Shown here: positions 38,346 to 50,630 of the stretch, piece after piece
Numbering within the stretch: the first letter of the stretch is position 1
Layout of the letters: each line of letters starts with the position of its first letter
From: Gnetum montanum
Taxonomy: Eukaryota > Plantae > Gnetophyta
Reading direction: 5' to 3'
DNA: 64,000 bases
Assembly: GCA_015680685.1 (NCBI GenBank)
Contig: MNCI01002112.1
Span: forward strand, 432,932 to 496,931
Notes under the pieces: model-generated
Seen by the model: the letters and a program-made list of their open reading frames with translations, nothing else
What the model was told of the DNA's origin: nothing
Database searches by the model: none
Program-made: the position numbers and the translations under genes

Positions 38346-39691
38346 CAGAAAAATAGTATGTAGTGAGATTAGGTGTTTGATTTTACGTTGAATCTCTGGA
38401 GCATGCTTCTTTCTTTTACTTCTAGTCTTCTTTTCTTCTAAATTAATAGGAAACTTTTTCTGAGATCATCAATTGGTTTCCATTCTGGATAAGCTTCAAA
38501 AAAGGCTTTAATATTTCCACCATCTTTCTTTAAACCATCAGGAAATTCATAGGAATAATGACCTTGTCTTTAGTAGGTGTAGCAGGTGATTGACTTTCTT
38601 CTGACTGGGCCACTTCTTTTCTTGGCAAAGAATCTCTTTCTTCCTAGCTTGAATGTTCTTCGAGCCATCCATCTTTTCCTTAAAAATCTTGGAAAACTTA
38701 TTTTCTTTAAAAATCTTCTTTTTGGATGTTGTGAGGGAGCTCGGGCTGGAGGACCAAAAGAATCAACTCTATTTAAGTTCTTACACACTTCTGCTGACGG
38801 TAACAGCTTCTATAGAGAGACATTGTAGCATGAAAATTGTAGCTTTTGTCTAACCATATGAACTACATCTATGAAAGAAGTTAAAGATAAATCTACATCT
38901 TTTTCTAATGCTTTATACAATACCATTTGTCCTAACTTAGCAGGTAAACTCAAAAAATATAAATAATTAATCATCTTATCTCTGTGTAATGCTAGTCTGT
39001 AAACCTCATTAGCATATTTTGTGCTAAATTGTTCAAAGTAGCACAAATCATGCAATTTCCTTTGGCTTAACAACAACTTATCTTTAAATCTTTACTTGGA
39101 AGACAAATCTACTATAAATTCAGTAACAAGGGCAACAAATACACCATGTAAACCAATTTGAAGGATTTTCTCTTGTTGCTCTTGGGTAGCACTTTCCCAC
39201 CTATGAAGAATATTTCCTGCTGCTCTGATGAAGGTTCCAATGATTGTAGTCCTTTCATCAATGTTGAGGATGTTCATGGCAATTCTCAACTGATCTATCC
39301 ATAACCTTAAAGCATGGAGTACCTCTTTCGGTGGTAAGTAATCAATGTTGATTACAGGAATTGTAGATGCTGGCCATTGTTGAAAAGCTAAGAATGCTGG
39401 AGGAGCATTTACTGTAGGACGTTGCCGTGATCTTGTGGGTTGTTGTCTTCTAGCGATCATAATCCTTTGTTGGTATTCCTATAAGCTTAGTTGTTTTTAG
39501 CTTTTCATCTTCTTCTTCTTATGATGGAGGCACTGTAGGTTGTGTTGTAGGTTGACTTGTGGAGGCTTTCTTTCCTTTCTTTTCTTCCATTAATCTTTTG
39601 ATTCTTTCCAGTAGAAATTTATCTCTAGGATCAATGGTTGATTCAGGAGCTTTAGGAGCTTGAACTAGAATTGGTTCCTTAGTTGGTTGAA

Positions 39692-40018
39692 CTTGGTTCT
39701 TGCCCCTCTACCTAAGAAATTGTTTATTTTCTGTGGCCATTAGGTATTTTGGATCATAAACATAGACTCTATCTTGGTTGGGAACCATGTAGGCAAGGTT
39801 GAGTGGCAATATGATTGACCTATGAAAAGACATTAACTGAGGATTTAGCTAGGTTGTGAATTACAAGTTTCAACATATGAGACTACTCAGTGTATAAAAG
39901 ACTTAGCCTATGGAATATGGTAAAATAGGCAACTGCAAGAGTAATGCTAGTGGCAGAAGCAACATTGTTCACTACATTGGTAAATATTAAATAATTAATT
40001 TTCTTTTAAAAATTTTTA
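39692..40018 (+). repeat. Right copy of 327-bp host duplication flanking EVE2
   Basis: Matches 34766-35092. Confidence 0.95.
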
Positions 40019-40126
40019 TGCTTTGAAATCTTGGAAATAATGGCTACACTACAAATGGTTGCTAGGAAGAATTAATTTGAAAATGTCTAGATAGGTTACT
40101 AACCTTTACATCCAGTTTGGGTAATC

Positions 40127-40880
40127 AACCAATGGAGCCCATAGTGTAAAAATATGCTAGGCTTTAGGAGAATCCCAATAATTTTTTTTGAAAAATTACG
40201 AGTCAAAAAATGGGAAAAGTGTTATACGTTGGCTTCCAAAGAAGACTAAAGGTAAATTTTGAAAAAAAATTGTAGATTATTGTAGGTTTTATGCTTGATT
40301 TAAAAAGTCTAGCACTTATTGTGAAAATGGAAGATTGCCCAAACCTACTACAACTTATATGCTCAGCTTGGATAAGCCTAGCATTTAGCATAAAATTTTT
40401 AGATTACCAAAATTCCATAGCTTATACACTAGGTTTTAGGAAACCCTAGCAACAACAAAAGAATTTCAAGTGTGAGAGACTAGGCTATAATTTTTATGTT
40501 GGGTTTTAGGGGAAAATCCAAAATCAATTTTGAGTATTTAAAATGAAGTCAAAGTAGGTTGTAGGATAACATTGACTTTGAAAGAAAGCCAATCAAAATT
40601 GTAGCATACCAAGGCTACACTAGCTTTGGGAAGGATCCCAAAGAAAAATTTAAAGGTAAACATTGGTAAAAATCGATTTCTATGAAAAGGAAGAGTAGAA
40701 TTGGAGGAAAAATTTGGACAACTGTCCTTCTTATGGTGATAAAAATTGTTGCACCTAAAAAATTGGGTGCTTGAGGGCTGAAAATCTCAAGATGAAATAG
40801 TTTAGCTTCAAATCCCATAGGCCTTAAGAAGAGGATCCAAACTTCCATTGATGGTCTTTCCAATTACCTAGGGACTTATA
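40127..40880 (-). mobile_element. Probable 5' LTR and decayed PBS of the Ogre/Tat-like element
   Basis: Minus strand starts T(A)TAAGTCCCTAGG at 40880 and ends TTTACACTA, followed by TGGGCTCCATTGG. Lies upstream of the gag remnant. Confidence 0.5.
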
Positions 40881-41049
40881 ATCTATTATTAATTGTTAGC
40901 ACATTTGGCCATTTCATGGAACAGTTGGACTATCTTATCAAAAATTGAAACATCTTGGTGTTGGTACATTTTTCCCATTTAATGGAGTAGGCTTTATGAT
41001 TGAAAGGGAATTTCATTTATCGTTTGTTCTATATTGATTTAAGAGAGAG

Positions 41050-41780
41050 ATGATCTACCCATCCAAACATTTTTACACTAAATTTTTAAAAATAATGTAT
41101 GGTTGGAAATTTAGAAGTAAACATGTAGCTTTAAGGTTATGGGTTGATGGGTGTTTTGGAGAAGTAAGCAGACTACTAAACATAGATGGGATAGAGGAGC
41201 CTACAGTTGCACTTGTTATTTGGGGAATGGGAGGTATCGGTAAGAGCACTTTGGCTATTGCCTCTATTAAGAGCCTGGAGAACAAACTCTCACAAAAATA
41301 CAACTTTGCCAGAATCAAGTTTGACAACATTGTAAAACAAGCAAAGCATTTCCATATTGCTAAGTTGCAAAAACAAATTCTTCATTATTTGTTTATAGGA
41401 AAAACAGAAGAATTTTTGTTTAGTGGAAGGCATGATGTTGAGGATGATTATTACATCCCATGTACAGGAAGTCAAAGATGAAGTTCCAAACTGTTGTGAA
41501 AAAATTTAAAATTTATCAAAGACACCGTCTCCATGACTGATTATTAGAGCATTTACTGGAAAAAAAGTGATGGGCCCTGTCACGAAAGAATTCAGAGAAG
41601 CATTTGCAAATGAGATGAGCATGTTGAGGGAGGTAGCATACTTATACTGTAGGATTCCTTTGCTGCTAACTATGGTTGGAGGACAGCTACGTAAAAATAG
41701 ACACTCCAATACTTATGATGAGTTTATTCAAAAATTAAAAATGGGAAATGTTAATTTCAAAATTGTTGAGTATGATAAAA
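41050..41780 (+). pseudogene. Captured NLR NB-ARC fragments in the 5' LTR U3
   Basis: P-loop IWGMGGIGKSTLA, RNBS-A-like LQKQIL, GLPL-like (C)CGIPLLL.MVGGQL. Kinase-2 segment absent. Confidence 0.88.
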
Positions 41781-42398
41781 TGCAACAAAATAGAGGCATC
41801 TTCATCGATAAATTCATGTTTCCTTTCCTGGCCAAGGCCTGCACCATGCTCTAAGACTTGCACCAGGGCCAGAATGTGTATCGTCATGCCAGAAGAGCTC
41901 GATTTGATTCCAACTTGGTCATCATGAACTCATTCATTTTCATGTTTAGCAAATGCTGCTACCTAGACCTTGCGAGAAAGGTGTTTAAGAAAATTCCTAA
42001 CAAAATCCTAGTTTCATGGAACTCTATGGTTGCGGCTTATGTCGAAAATGGATACTTGGATAAGGCCTTCGAAATTCTGGAAGTCACATGGGACATTAGG
42101 GTCTACCCTGATAAGGTCATTATTTTGAGTTTGCTCAGTGGATGCACTAAATTTGGGGATAGGAATGTAGAGTTTGTGCATGACTGGGCTATAGAACATG
42201 GTTTGGATTCAGATGTTGCCGTGGGCAACGCATGGGAGAATTGGGGATGATTTCCCAGGGCTAGTCCGTTTGTGCCCTGATTTTGAAAAAGGGCTTTGAT
42301 GTAGATACTATTATTAGAATAGCTTTCATTAATATGTATTCCAAACACAGGGATATGTGCAAAGTTAGGAAATTACTTCCAGAGAATATTTTGCAATG
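41780..42398 (+). pseudogene. Captured PLS-class PPR fragments in the 5' LTR U3
   Basis: DKF.FPFLAKAC, ARKVF..IP.K.LVSWNSMVAAYVENG, PD.V.ILSLLSGC, GLDSDVAVGNA, A.INMYSK. Confidence 0.9.
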
Positions 42399-44359
42399 AT
42401 GAACCTGTAAACAACCTTACCAAAAATAGCAGCAGTGCCAGATGCCAATGCATTCGTCTTCGCCATTACCAATCCATCCAGTGTGGTCACAGAGACATGA
42501 AGACATAGCAAGATAGGTGTAAAACTGAATCAACAGAACTAGGAGACATTTTAGCTGATGTCAATAAATCAGGGTTATAGTTTATTCAGAAGAAACCATC
42601 ATCGCTGAAGAAAAATAAAAAACCTGAATGCACAGAATTAAAGTCACAAAATAAAATTACAATTTCATATGGTTCAGTGGCTAAATATAATTTTAGCAAA
42701 TTTCCTTACAAGAAACAATTGTATGAAGTGCTTATTAAAGACCTAGCATTAATTTAATTATCTCAAATGAATTACTAAGGCTTTATACAAGGTGGGTGAT
42801 TAAAATCCTAAATAAAATATGACAATTGTATGAAGCTCGTAGGAGATCTTGGATTTATTTTTAGGTTATTGATTATAAAAGAAATATTTGCACATGCCAA
42901 TGTTAGCATGATTTTCTCCTAATTTTATGTATAAGTTACAACTTCCTAACTTGTTGGGCAAGTAATATCTCCTAACTTGTTGGGTAAGTTATAACTTCCT
43001 TTCTTGGGAGAGAAGCTACCTAAGATATTTTTAATTTCTAACTACCTTTTGAACCCTATAAAAAGGCTTCATGGGTTTGAAAAAGAGAGGGAACTATACT
43101 TGCTCTCATTGAGAGATCACACACTTTGGGGTCTCACACTTGGGGTCTTGGAGGAAGATTGTAAAGAAGACATTGTGAAAGATTGCTTGTAAGATGACTT
43201 GTTAAAGACAACATTTCAGCCTCTTTGTCATAGTCCTGTGAGTTATGCTTATTATTTTTTATTTTGTTTAAATTCTTTAGCTAGTGGTTTAGATAGTATC
43301 ATGCTTCGCAAGTAATTTTTGGATTTTTAGATTTCTCTTATTGTTCTTGTTGCACGATAGAAAATTTCTAATAAAGTTTTGCCATAGAAGAGCTTGTGTT
43401 TGAAATCCTTAAGAGCATTTTAGTAGTGAATTTTATTATTGTGCAATGTATAAGAACCGCTATTGAGATTGTTGTAAGATAGCCTCTGCATATAGTCAAG
43501 TCGTTGAACGATTCAATAGTCAAGAGGGTTCAGAAAATATTTGGTATTTTGATAGGACTAGAAAAGCTTCTTTTATCTTTAAAGTGAATCTCTATGGTAG
43601 TTCAATCAGAAATTATCAAGTATTTTGAAGGTTCTATTGAATGCAATCATTGACATCCATTATCTAGCCAAAATAGAGTCTGGTACATGATAGTTTACGT
43701 AGCAATTTTTTGGGTAGCATAGTAGGATTGTCTTGAAGAAATTGCTTATTTGAGCCTTGGAAGTTTGAACAATTCGTAGTTATTGAATTTGGGACAAATT
43801 TATTGCGAAGTGTTTACTCATATCATTTTACCTTGTTTAAATATTTGAGATCTTTACACAAATCTGCTTTCTTTTTCTCTTCTTTCTAATTCCATTGAAT
43901 CTTGCTCTATTTCTAGTTTTCTTGTGGATCTATCTCTTTCTTTGGGGAAAATTAGAAGTAGATTCACAGAGTTGTGCTCAAATGTTTTTGCAAAACTTTA
44001 TTTGTTAAAAGTAGGTATTATAAGGACTGCATAGACTAGGCAATTGAANGTTTAACACACAACCCAATTATTTCATTTTTCACAATAGCACACCAAAATA
44101 GCACACACACATACTCACATTCACTACTGAGTCTATTTCGAGGTATCTAGGCCTTGGTGTTGCCAAAAGACCAGTAAGCACCTAAATCCTATTCGAGGGC
44201 ACTCGTTGACGGTCGCATCCCAAACGGTCGACAACAATTGTTTTGGCACTAGAAGAAGGGCTGAAAATTTTGCCTCTAAGTTCATAAGCCTTATAATTTT
44301 AGCACATCAACAATTCTTTGTTACTAAAAAGGCTTAAGAAATTAAATACTATTTTCAGT

Positions 44360-45930
44360 TCATGACCAAGAATATTGATAGTTTGGAAAATTTAAAAGTT
44401 TCAAAAGATATTCTTGATTATAAGACCGATTCTTCATCAGAAGAAGAAAAAAAAAAGTTTTGAATTAGGAACAAGTTGTGGAGCGAACTAGAAGATCGAG
44501 AAGATCACCCATTATATCTATTTTATCGATTTATAAGAGAAGATCTAGAAAGTCTAAGAGTTCAATTATCCAAAGGAATAGGATGGCAAATCCTTGGCAA
44601 AGAGTTACACCATTAGGATTTTAAAATTACAATGATATTCCTAAGGTAGTTTACAAATATTTTCCTGAACCTTTCATTCTTAGAAAATCTTATTTAGCTA
44701 AAGAATATATTCACATGTTTGAGTTAGCTTTAGCTCATGCAAATATTCGACATCAAGATCAAGCTTGTAGGTTGTTTGTATCAAATTTAAAGGATATGGC
44801 TTAGATTTGGTATTCGAACTTACCAAGTAATAGTATTACAAGTTGGGATGACATGAAAAATATTTTCTTGGCCCATTTTGGTAATCAATTAGATCAACAA
44901 CAACTATACTATGGGCTAATACAAGCTAAACAAGGAGTTAAAGAGTCAATTAGAGATTTTAACATCAAGTTTCAACGAATTTGTATACTCTTTCAAAGAC
45001 AATATAGGCCATCAGAAGAAATACTTAAAGAAACTTATCTTAAAGCTGTCAAGCCCAACATTTCAATTTGGTTAAGGAGAACTCCAAACTTAACTATACT
45101 AAATGACTACTTTAGTGAAGCTATACAGTTAGAAAAATAGTTGAACTTGAATCTTGAAGAAAATATTGCAATTCAAAAAAGAGAAGAAAGAGTTATGATT
45201 CCTATGCAAGATTTTTCTCAATTTAAATATTTATCAGGTCCATCTCATGTTAAGATAGAGCAAGAACATGAAAGAGTAGAATCTGGAAAAGGACAATTAA
45301 TGAGAGATATGTCTAACAAAATAGTGAAGCTTGAAAAAGACTTGGTAAGAGTTAATATCAAGGAAGAAAGGAAAAATAGAAAGCATAAACATCAAGACAC
45401 TAAGTTAGCAGAAGATGAGGATGAAATTGACCTTATTATGTCCAACTTTCTTGATATTGAATCTGATAATGAGTAATCTAGTGTTCATTATGCAAGTAAA
45501 TCTTCTAGCAATGGATCTAGTGATATTTCTTCTCTATCAAGTTCTGAAGAAGATATGTCTTCAGATGAAGAATGTAATAATAATGAGGAAAATGGATATT
45601 TTCTTTGATCTAAAGAAAGATTAACTACTTCTAGACTCCCAAATTTTATTACTGATCCATCTACTAAGAGAAAATCTTTTGGGCTAAATAGAAGAGATAA
45701 GAATAAAGGTAAAGATAATAAAGTTGAGCAAAGTACTCCAAATCAGTCTTTTAATAAATGTATAAGGAAACCAAGCTTTATTGGCGATGGAGATTATGAT
45801 TTGATTGAAGACCTTAAACATGTCAAGGCCAATATTATCTTTTAGCAGTTGCTTCAAATAGGAGATCAGCAAAGAAAGGCTTTAGAGTTTATTAAAGGTA
45901 AAAGGAGAATTAGAGAATCAGAGTTAAGTT
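44360..45930 (+). pseudogene. Tat gag
   Basis: CRLFVSNLKD.A..WYSNLPSNSITSWDDMKNIFL...QGVKESIRDFNIKF. Confidence 0.85.
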
Positions 45931-46435
45931 NNNNNNNNNNNNNNNNNNNNNNNNNNNNNNNNNNNNNNNNNNNNNNNNNNNNNNNNNNNNNNNNNNNNNN
46001 NNNNNNNNNNNNNNNNNNNNNNNNNNNNNNNNNNNNNNNNNNNNNNNNNNNNNNNNNNNNNNNNNNNNNNNNNNNNNNNNNNNNNNNNNNNNNNNNNNNN
46101 NNNNNNNNNNNNNNNNNNNNNNNNNNNNNNNNNNNNNNNNNNNNNNNNNNNNNNNNNNNNNNNNNNNNNNNNNNNNNNNNNNNNNNNNNNNNNNNNNNNN
46201 NNNNNNNNNNNNNNNNNNNNNNNNNNNNNNNNNNNNNNNNNNNNNNNNNNNNNNNNNNNNNNNNNNNNNNNNNNNNNNNNNNNNNNNNNNNNNNNNNNNN
46301 NNNNNNNNNGATAATATTACTTCAAATGGAAATAGTAAAATGGTTGAAAAAGAAGGTGTTGAAAACAAAATTTGTACACTCCAAGAAAATTATAATTCTG
46401 AAAAAGAACAATCAAAGAATGAGGATAAATGAGAG

Positions 46436-46810
46436 TTATACTTTGAAGGTTCATGTAATTCAAAAGGTGCAGGAGTTGGTATAGTTATATTAAAGAATGA
46501 CTCACCTAAAATTCTTAAAGAAATTCATCTATCTTTCCCTTGTACGAACAACAAGGCTGAGTATGAAGCTTTATGTATTGGTGTAAGAATAGCTCTAGAT
46601 AAAAAGATCAGAGTAATCACTATAAAAGGAGACTCAAGATTAGTTTGTGAACAAGTAAATGGTAAATGTGTAGTAAAGAGCTCATTCTTAAGACCTTATA
46701 AGCAACTTGCTTGTAAGATGTTAGATCAGTTTCAACATTGTTGAATAGAGCATATAAAAAGAGCAGAGAATCTTATAGCAGATGATCTAGCAAAAGCAGC
46801 TTCAGCATTG
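46436..46810 (+). pseudogene. Additional archaeal-type RNase H (aRH) upstream of RT
   Basis: Frame absent from the ORF track: LYFEGSCNSKGAGVGIV...CTNNKAEYEAL...GDSRLVCEQVNG...R.ENLIADDLAK. Confidence 0.9.
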
Positions 46811-47199
46811 GATATGCAAATAATAAAAATTTACAAAGATGTAATGGTTGAAGAAGAACATCAGCCATCAGTACCAAATAATATAAGACATTTACAAGTA
46901 TTTGAAGATGATGATCAAGTACTAAGATTTATGAAAAAAAAACAAGAATTTGAGGGTCAAGTGATACCTAAAACATCATCAAACTCCAAAGATAATTTTA
47001 TTCCAAAAAGGATGATTGACTTGGAACATGAGTTCAAGGAAAATTTACTTACTAGAAAGGATATACAAAACCTAGATAATCAAGCTTTCGAGGTATTGAA
47101 TTTTGGATTAGACAGAATGCCAAAGGTGTTGAATGTTACAAAGGGAAGAGATTCGAGTTTCTAGAAAAACTTGTTAACATGTCTAAGAAATAATTTGGA

Positions 47200-49310
47200 C
47201 AATTTTTCTTGGTCTTATGATGATCTTAAAGATTTTAGACCAAATGTGATGACGCATAAAATTCCTTTAATAGAATGTTGTAAAAGAGTCAAGCAAAAAT
47301 AAAGGAAATTTAATCCATCATTTGAACCAGCTATAGAAGCCGAAATCAAGAAGTTGTTACAAGCATGAATCATATATCCAGTATGATATTCAACATGGCT
47401 TTCTAACCTTGTTCCAGTGAGAAAGAAAAATGGTGATATAAGGCTTTGTGTAGACTTTAGAAATCTGAATGATGCCTCAAAAAAGGATAAGTATCCACTT
47501 CCAAGAATTGATGAGATGCTAATTAAAGTCTCAGGTTGTCAAGCATGTTCTTTCTTAGATGGTTTCTCAGGTTATAATCAAATCGTGGTAGATAAGAATG
47601 ATAGATATAAAACAACATTTATCACCAAATGGGAAACTTTCGCTTACCAAAGAATGCCATTTGGATTGTCAAACGCTAGAGCTACTTTCCAAGGAGCAAT
47701 GGATCTAGCATTTAAGGATTTATTAGGAAAATTCATGGTGGTTTATTTGGATGATATTACAATATTCTCAAAGAAAAAAGATCATATTAATCATCTCCAT
47801 CAAGTTTTCGACAGATGTTGTGAGTTTGGTATTTCATTAAATTCTAAGAAGTGTATCTTCGGGGTTAAATCTGGAAGCTTATTAGGCCATGTGATATGTC
47901 AAGAAGGAATTGCCATAGATAATTCCAAAATCCAAGTAGTATAGAATATTAAACATCCCACAAGTAAGAAATCTATAAGATCTTTCTTTAGGAAGATAAA
48001 CTTTGTGAAAAAGTTCATCTCCGGGTTTACTAAAATTACCAAGCCTTTGATGCATATGCTAAAAAAGATGTCCAAGTAGAGAAAACACCAGAATAAGAGG
48101 GAGCTTTATCATAAATTAAAATTGCTATACAAGAGGCTCCATATTTGGTGAAGCCTAGGCTTAAATAAGATTTTTGGTTATATTCTTTTACTTTGAATGA
48201 TTCTATCGTTGTTGTTTTAACAAAAAAAGATGTTGAAGGTCAAGATGAACCAATTGGATTTTTTGGGTATCATTTGAAAGGTTTAGAATTAAATTATTCA
48301 GACTTAGAGAAACAAGCATTTGCAGTCATTAAAGCACATCAGCATTGTAAATATTATTTGGAAAGTTCATTAGTCCACATTATGCTAATTGAACCTGTAG
48401 TCAAGCGATTCGTAGCCCAAAATGAGATTGGGTTAAAAAAAAAAGAAAATGGCTTATAAAGTTGCAAAGTTTTAGATTTTCATTGAAAATATGAAAAAAA
48501 ATCAAGGGAATGGGTTTAGCCAAGTTAATGACTAGAGAAAGTGAAGTATGTACACTTGACACCCATGAAGAGAATTGGTATGATGAAATTCTTAAATTTC
48601 TTAATACAAGGAAAATCCCAAATAATTTAACTACAAGTCAAAATAGATCTTTCTTCAAAAGAGCACAAAGATTCATTGTTAAAGATGGTATATTATATAG
48701 AAAATATTTTAGAGGGGTTTTATTGGAATGTGTTCATAATGATTAAATTAGTTTCATTTTGGAACAATTTCATGATCATTTAAATTTATTTTATGAATCC
48801 CCTAAGTCAACTACACAACATATACTTTGATATGGACATTACTAGCCTTCCATGTATCAAGAAATTAGTTCAAAGATTCAAAAATGCTATAAATGTCAAA
48901 TTCATGGGCCCAAGATTAAAAAGGCTAGAGCCCCTTTAAAGCCAGTAGTTGCAGATAAACCATTTCAGCAATGGGCTTTGGATTTTATTGGTACAATTAC
49001 TCCTTCAAGAATTGGACACAAGTTTATTCTCACGGCTACTGATTATTTCACTAAATGTTCTGAAGCAAAGGCTCTAAGAGGAAGTTCAACATCAGATGTG
49101 ATTAAGTTTCTAGAAGATCACAATCTACGTAGATTTGGTATACCCGAAGTGTTAGTGTCAGACAATGGACCTACCTTCAAATCGGAAGAATTTATCAAAT
49201 GGGCATCAGAAAAATCTATTTTCTTATTTTCCTCATCAAACTATTATCCTCAAGGAAATGGCCTAGCAGAATCCACCAATAAAAAGCTTATCGCTTATAT
49301 CAAGAAATCN
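47200..49310 (+). pseudogene. Tat RT, RNase H and integrase
   Basis: RLCVDFRNLN, FLDGFSGYNQ, MPFGLSNA, YLDD; NYSDLEKQ; PFQQWALDFIG, SDNGPTF, YYPQGNGLAE. Confidence 0.93.
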
Positions 49311-49929
49311 NNNNNNNNNNNNNNNNNNNNNNNNNNNNNNNNNNNNNNNNNNNNNNNNNNNNNNNNNNNNNNNNNNNNNNNNNNNNNNNNNNNNNNNNNN
49401 NNNNNNNNNNNNNNNNNNNNNNNNNNNNNNNNNNNNNNNNNNNNNNNNNNNNNNNNNNNNNNNNNNNNNNNNNNNNNNNNNNNNNNNNNNNNNNNNNNNN
49501 NNNNNNNNNNNNNNNNNNNNNNNNNNNNNNNNNNNNNNNNNNNNNNNNNNNNNNNNNNNNNNNNNNNNNNNNNNNNNTTAGATAAGTAGATAGTATATTA
49601 TAATAATAAATATATTTAGGATAAGTTTATTTAAATTATAAATTAGTTTTGTAAGGTAATCCCTACAAGTGAAACAAGTGGAAGCCTACAAGTGAGGCAA
49701 GTGAAATCCTACAAGTGTGACAAGCAGAGAAGGTGACTCATCCACCACTTAGTAAGGATTTTGACAAGTGGTTAGAATGCCTAAAAGGAGGAAAAATTGG
49801 TTGAAGACTCTTGGGGGGAATTTTAAATTTCTAGCTACTATAAAAAGAGGATTGGGTTGCCTAGGATTTCTTCATCTTCCAATTCATGTTAAGTAGAGAA
49901 AGTAAGAGAGAGCTAATTTCAAAGAGGAG

Positions 49930-50330
49930 ATGGAGTTTGGGAGAATAATGAGAAAGCCTTTCATTCCTTATGTGATGGGATGTTGCCCAGAACATGTGTT
50001 GAAGGCTTACTTGAAAGCTAGATCATGTGGACCACCGAAAGAGTGTCCTTTCATGGCTTGGTTGGCTGATGAATTCTCATTTCTCACAAGAGGTTTAGAG
50101 ATAGAGTCAAATGTTTGGGGGCAATATCAAGATTGCACCCAAGAATAGGAGAGGGGAGAAGAGCAACCAACCAATGAGGAGTCATGGAAAGAAGCATTCG
50201 TGTCTCAAGAGGAAGATAAAGGACCCAATGGTGAAGACCAGAAGGATTTATCTGAAAAAGAAAATGAGAAGATTGCTGAAGAAAAATTCAAGTAGATCAA
50301 GTTGAGAGCTCCACCAAGCTAGAAAATAAC
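49930..50330 (+). pseudogene. Extra Cys-rich/acidic ORF between integrase and the 3' LTR
   Basis: ORF 49930..50148 continues past one TAG into an acidic tract. TATA at 49838, AATAAA at 50557. Confidence 0.55.
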
Positions 50331-50630
50331 AGAACAGCCTTCATCATGTCAGAAATTTCCTATGATAGAGTTAGAGATATGAGGATTTCTAATAGAGTAA
50401 CCCTCACAGTTCTGTTTCCATCTCAAGAATAGTCCATGAATGAAGGACTTGCTAATGTATAGTTTTTTTTTAGGAATGAGGTTTTTGTACCATCAAACCT
50501 AATGTTTGTTGGGAATTTTCCTTCAAAAATATTTTTCTGTTCAACTGTAAAAATTCAATAAAAGTTTTAGTATGTTTTAGTTTTAAAATGGGGCTGCATA
50601 AATTTCTTTAAGCTTTTAAGGGGGCAAAAA

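Larger units (their letters stand above)
35093..39691 (-). mobile_element. Endogenous caulimovirid EVE2 (CP, protease, RT, RNase H, orphan domain, promoter, leader; MP end missing)
   Basis: CP 38810-39460; Arg/Lys-rich tract; decayed CX2CX4HX4C 38543-38584; protease AFIDTSAT; [21 protein letters not shown]...YIDE; RNase H TDASYDAW; no integrase. Confidence 0.93.
40894..44236 (+). repeat. 5' LTR
   Basis: Colinear with 50631-53803. TATA box CCCTATAAAAAGG ~43054. Followed by the PBS. Confidence 0.93.

Noticed and set aside
34766-40018. 327-bp repeats as LTRs of EVE2
   Set aside because: No TG..CA ends, PBS or PPT. The sequence is continuous with the host retroelement outside both copies.
22159-40880. 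22159-22907 and 40143-40880 as the LTR pair of one element
   Set aside because: Only loose similarity near one end, no matching TSD and no PPT next to 22907.
42400-42650. Third identifiable captured gene in the LTR cargo
   Set aside because: Looks coding-like on both strands but I could not assign a family or frame.
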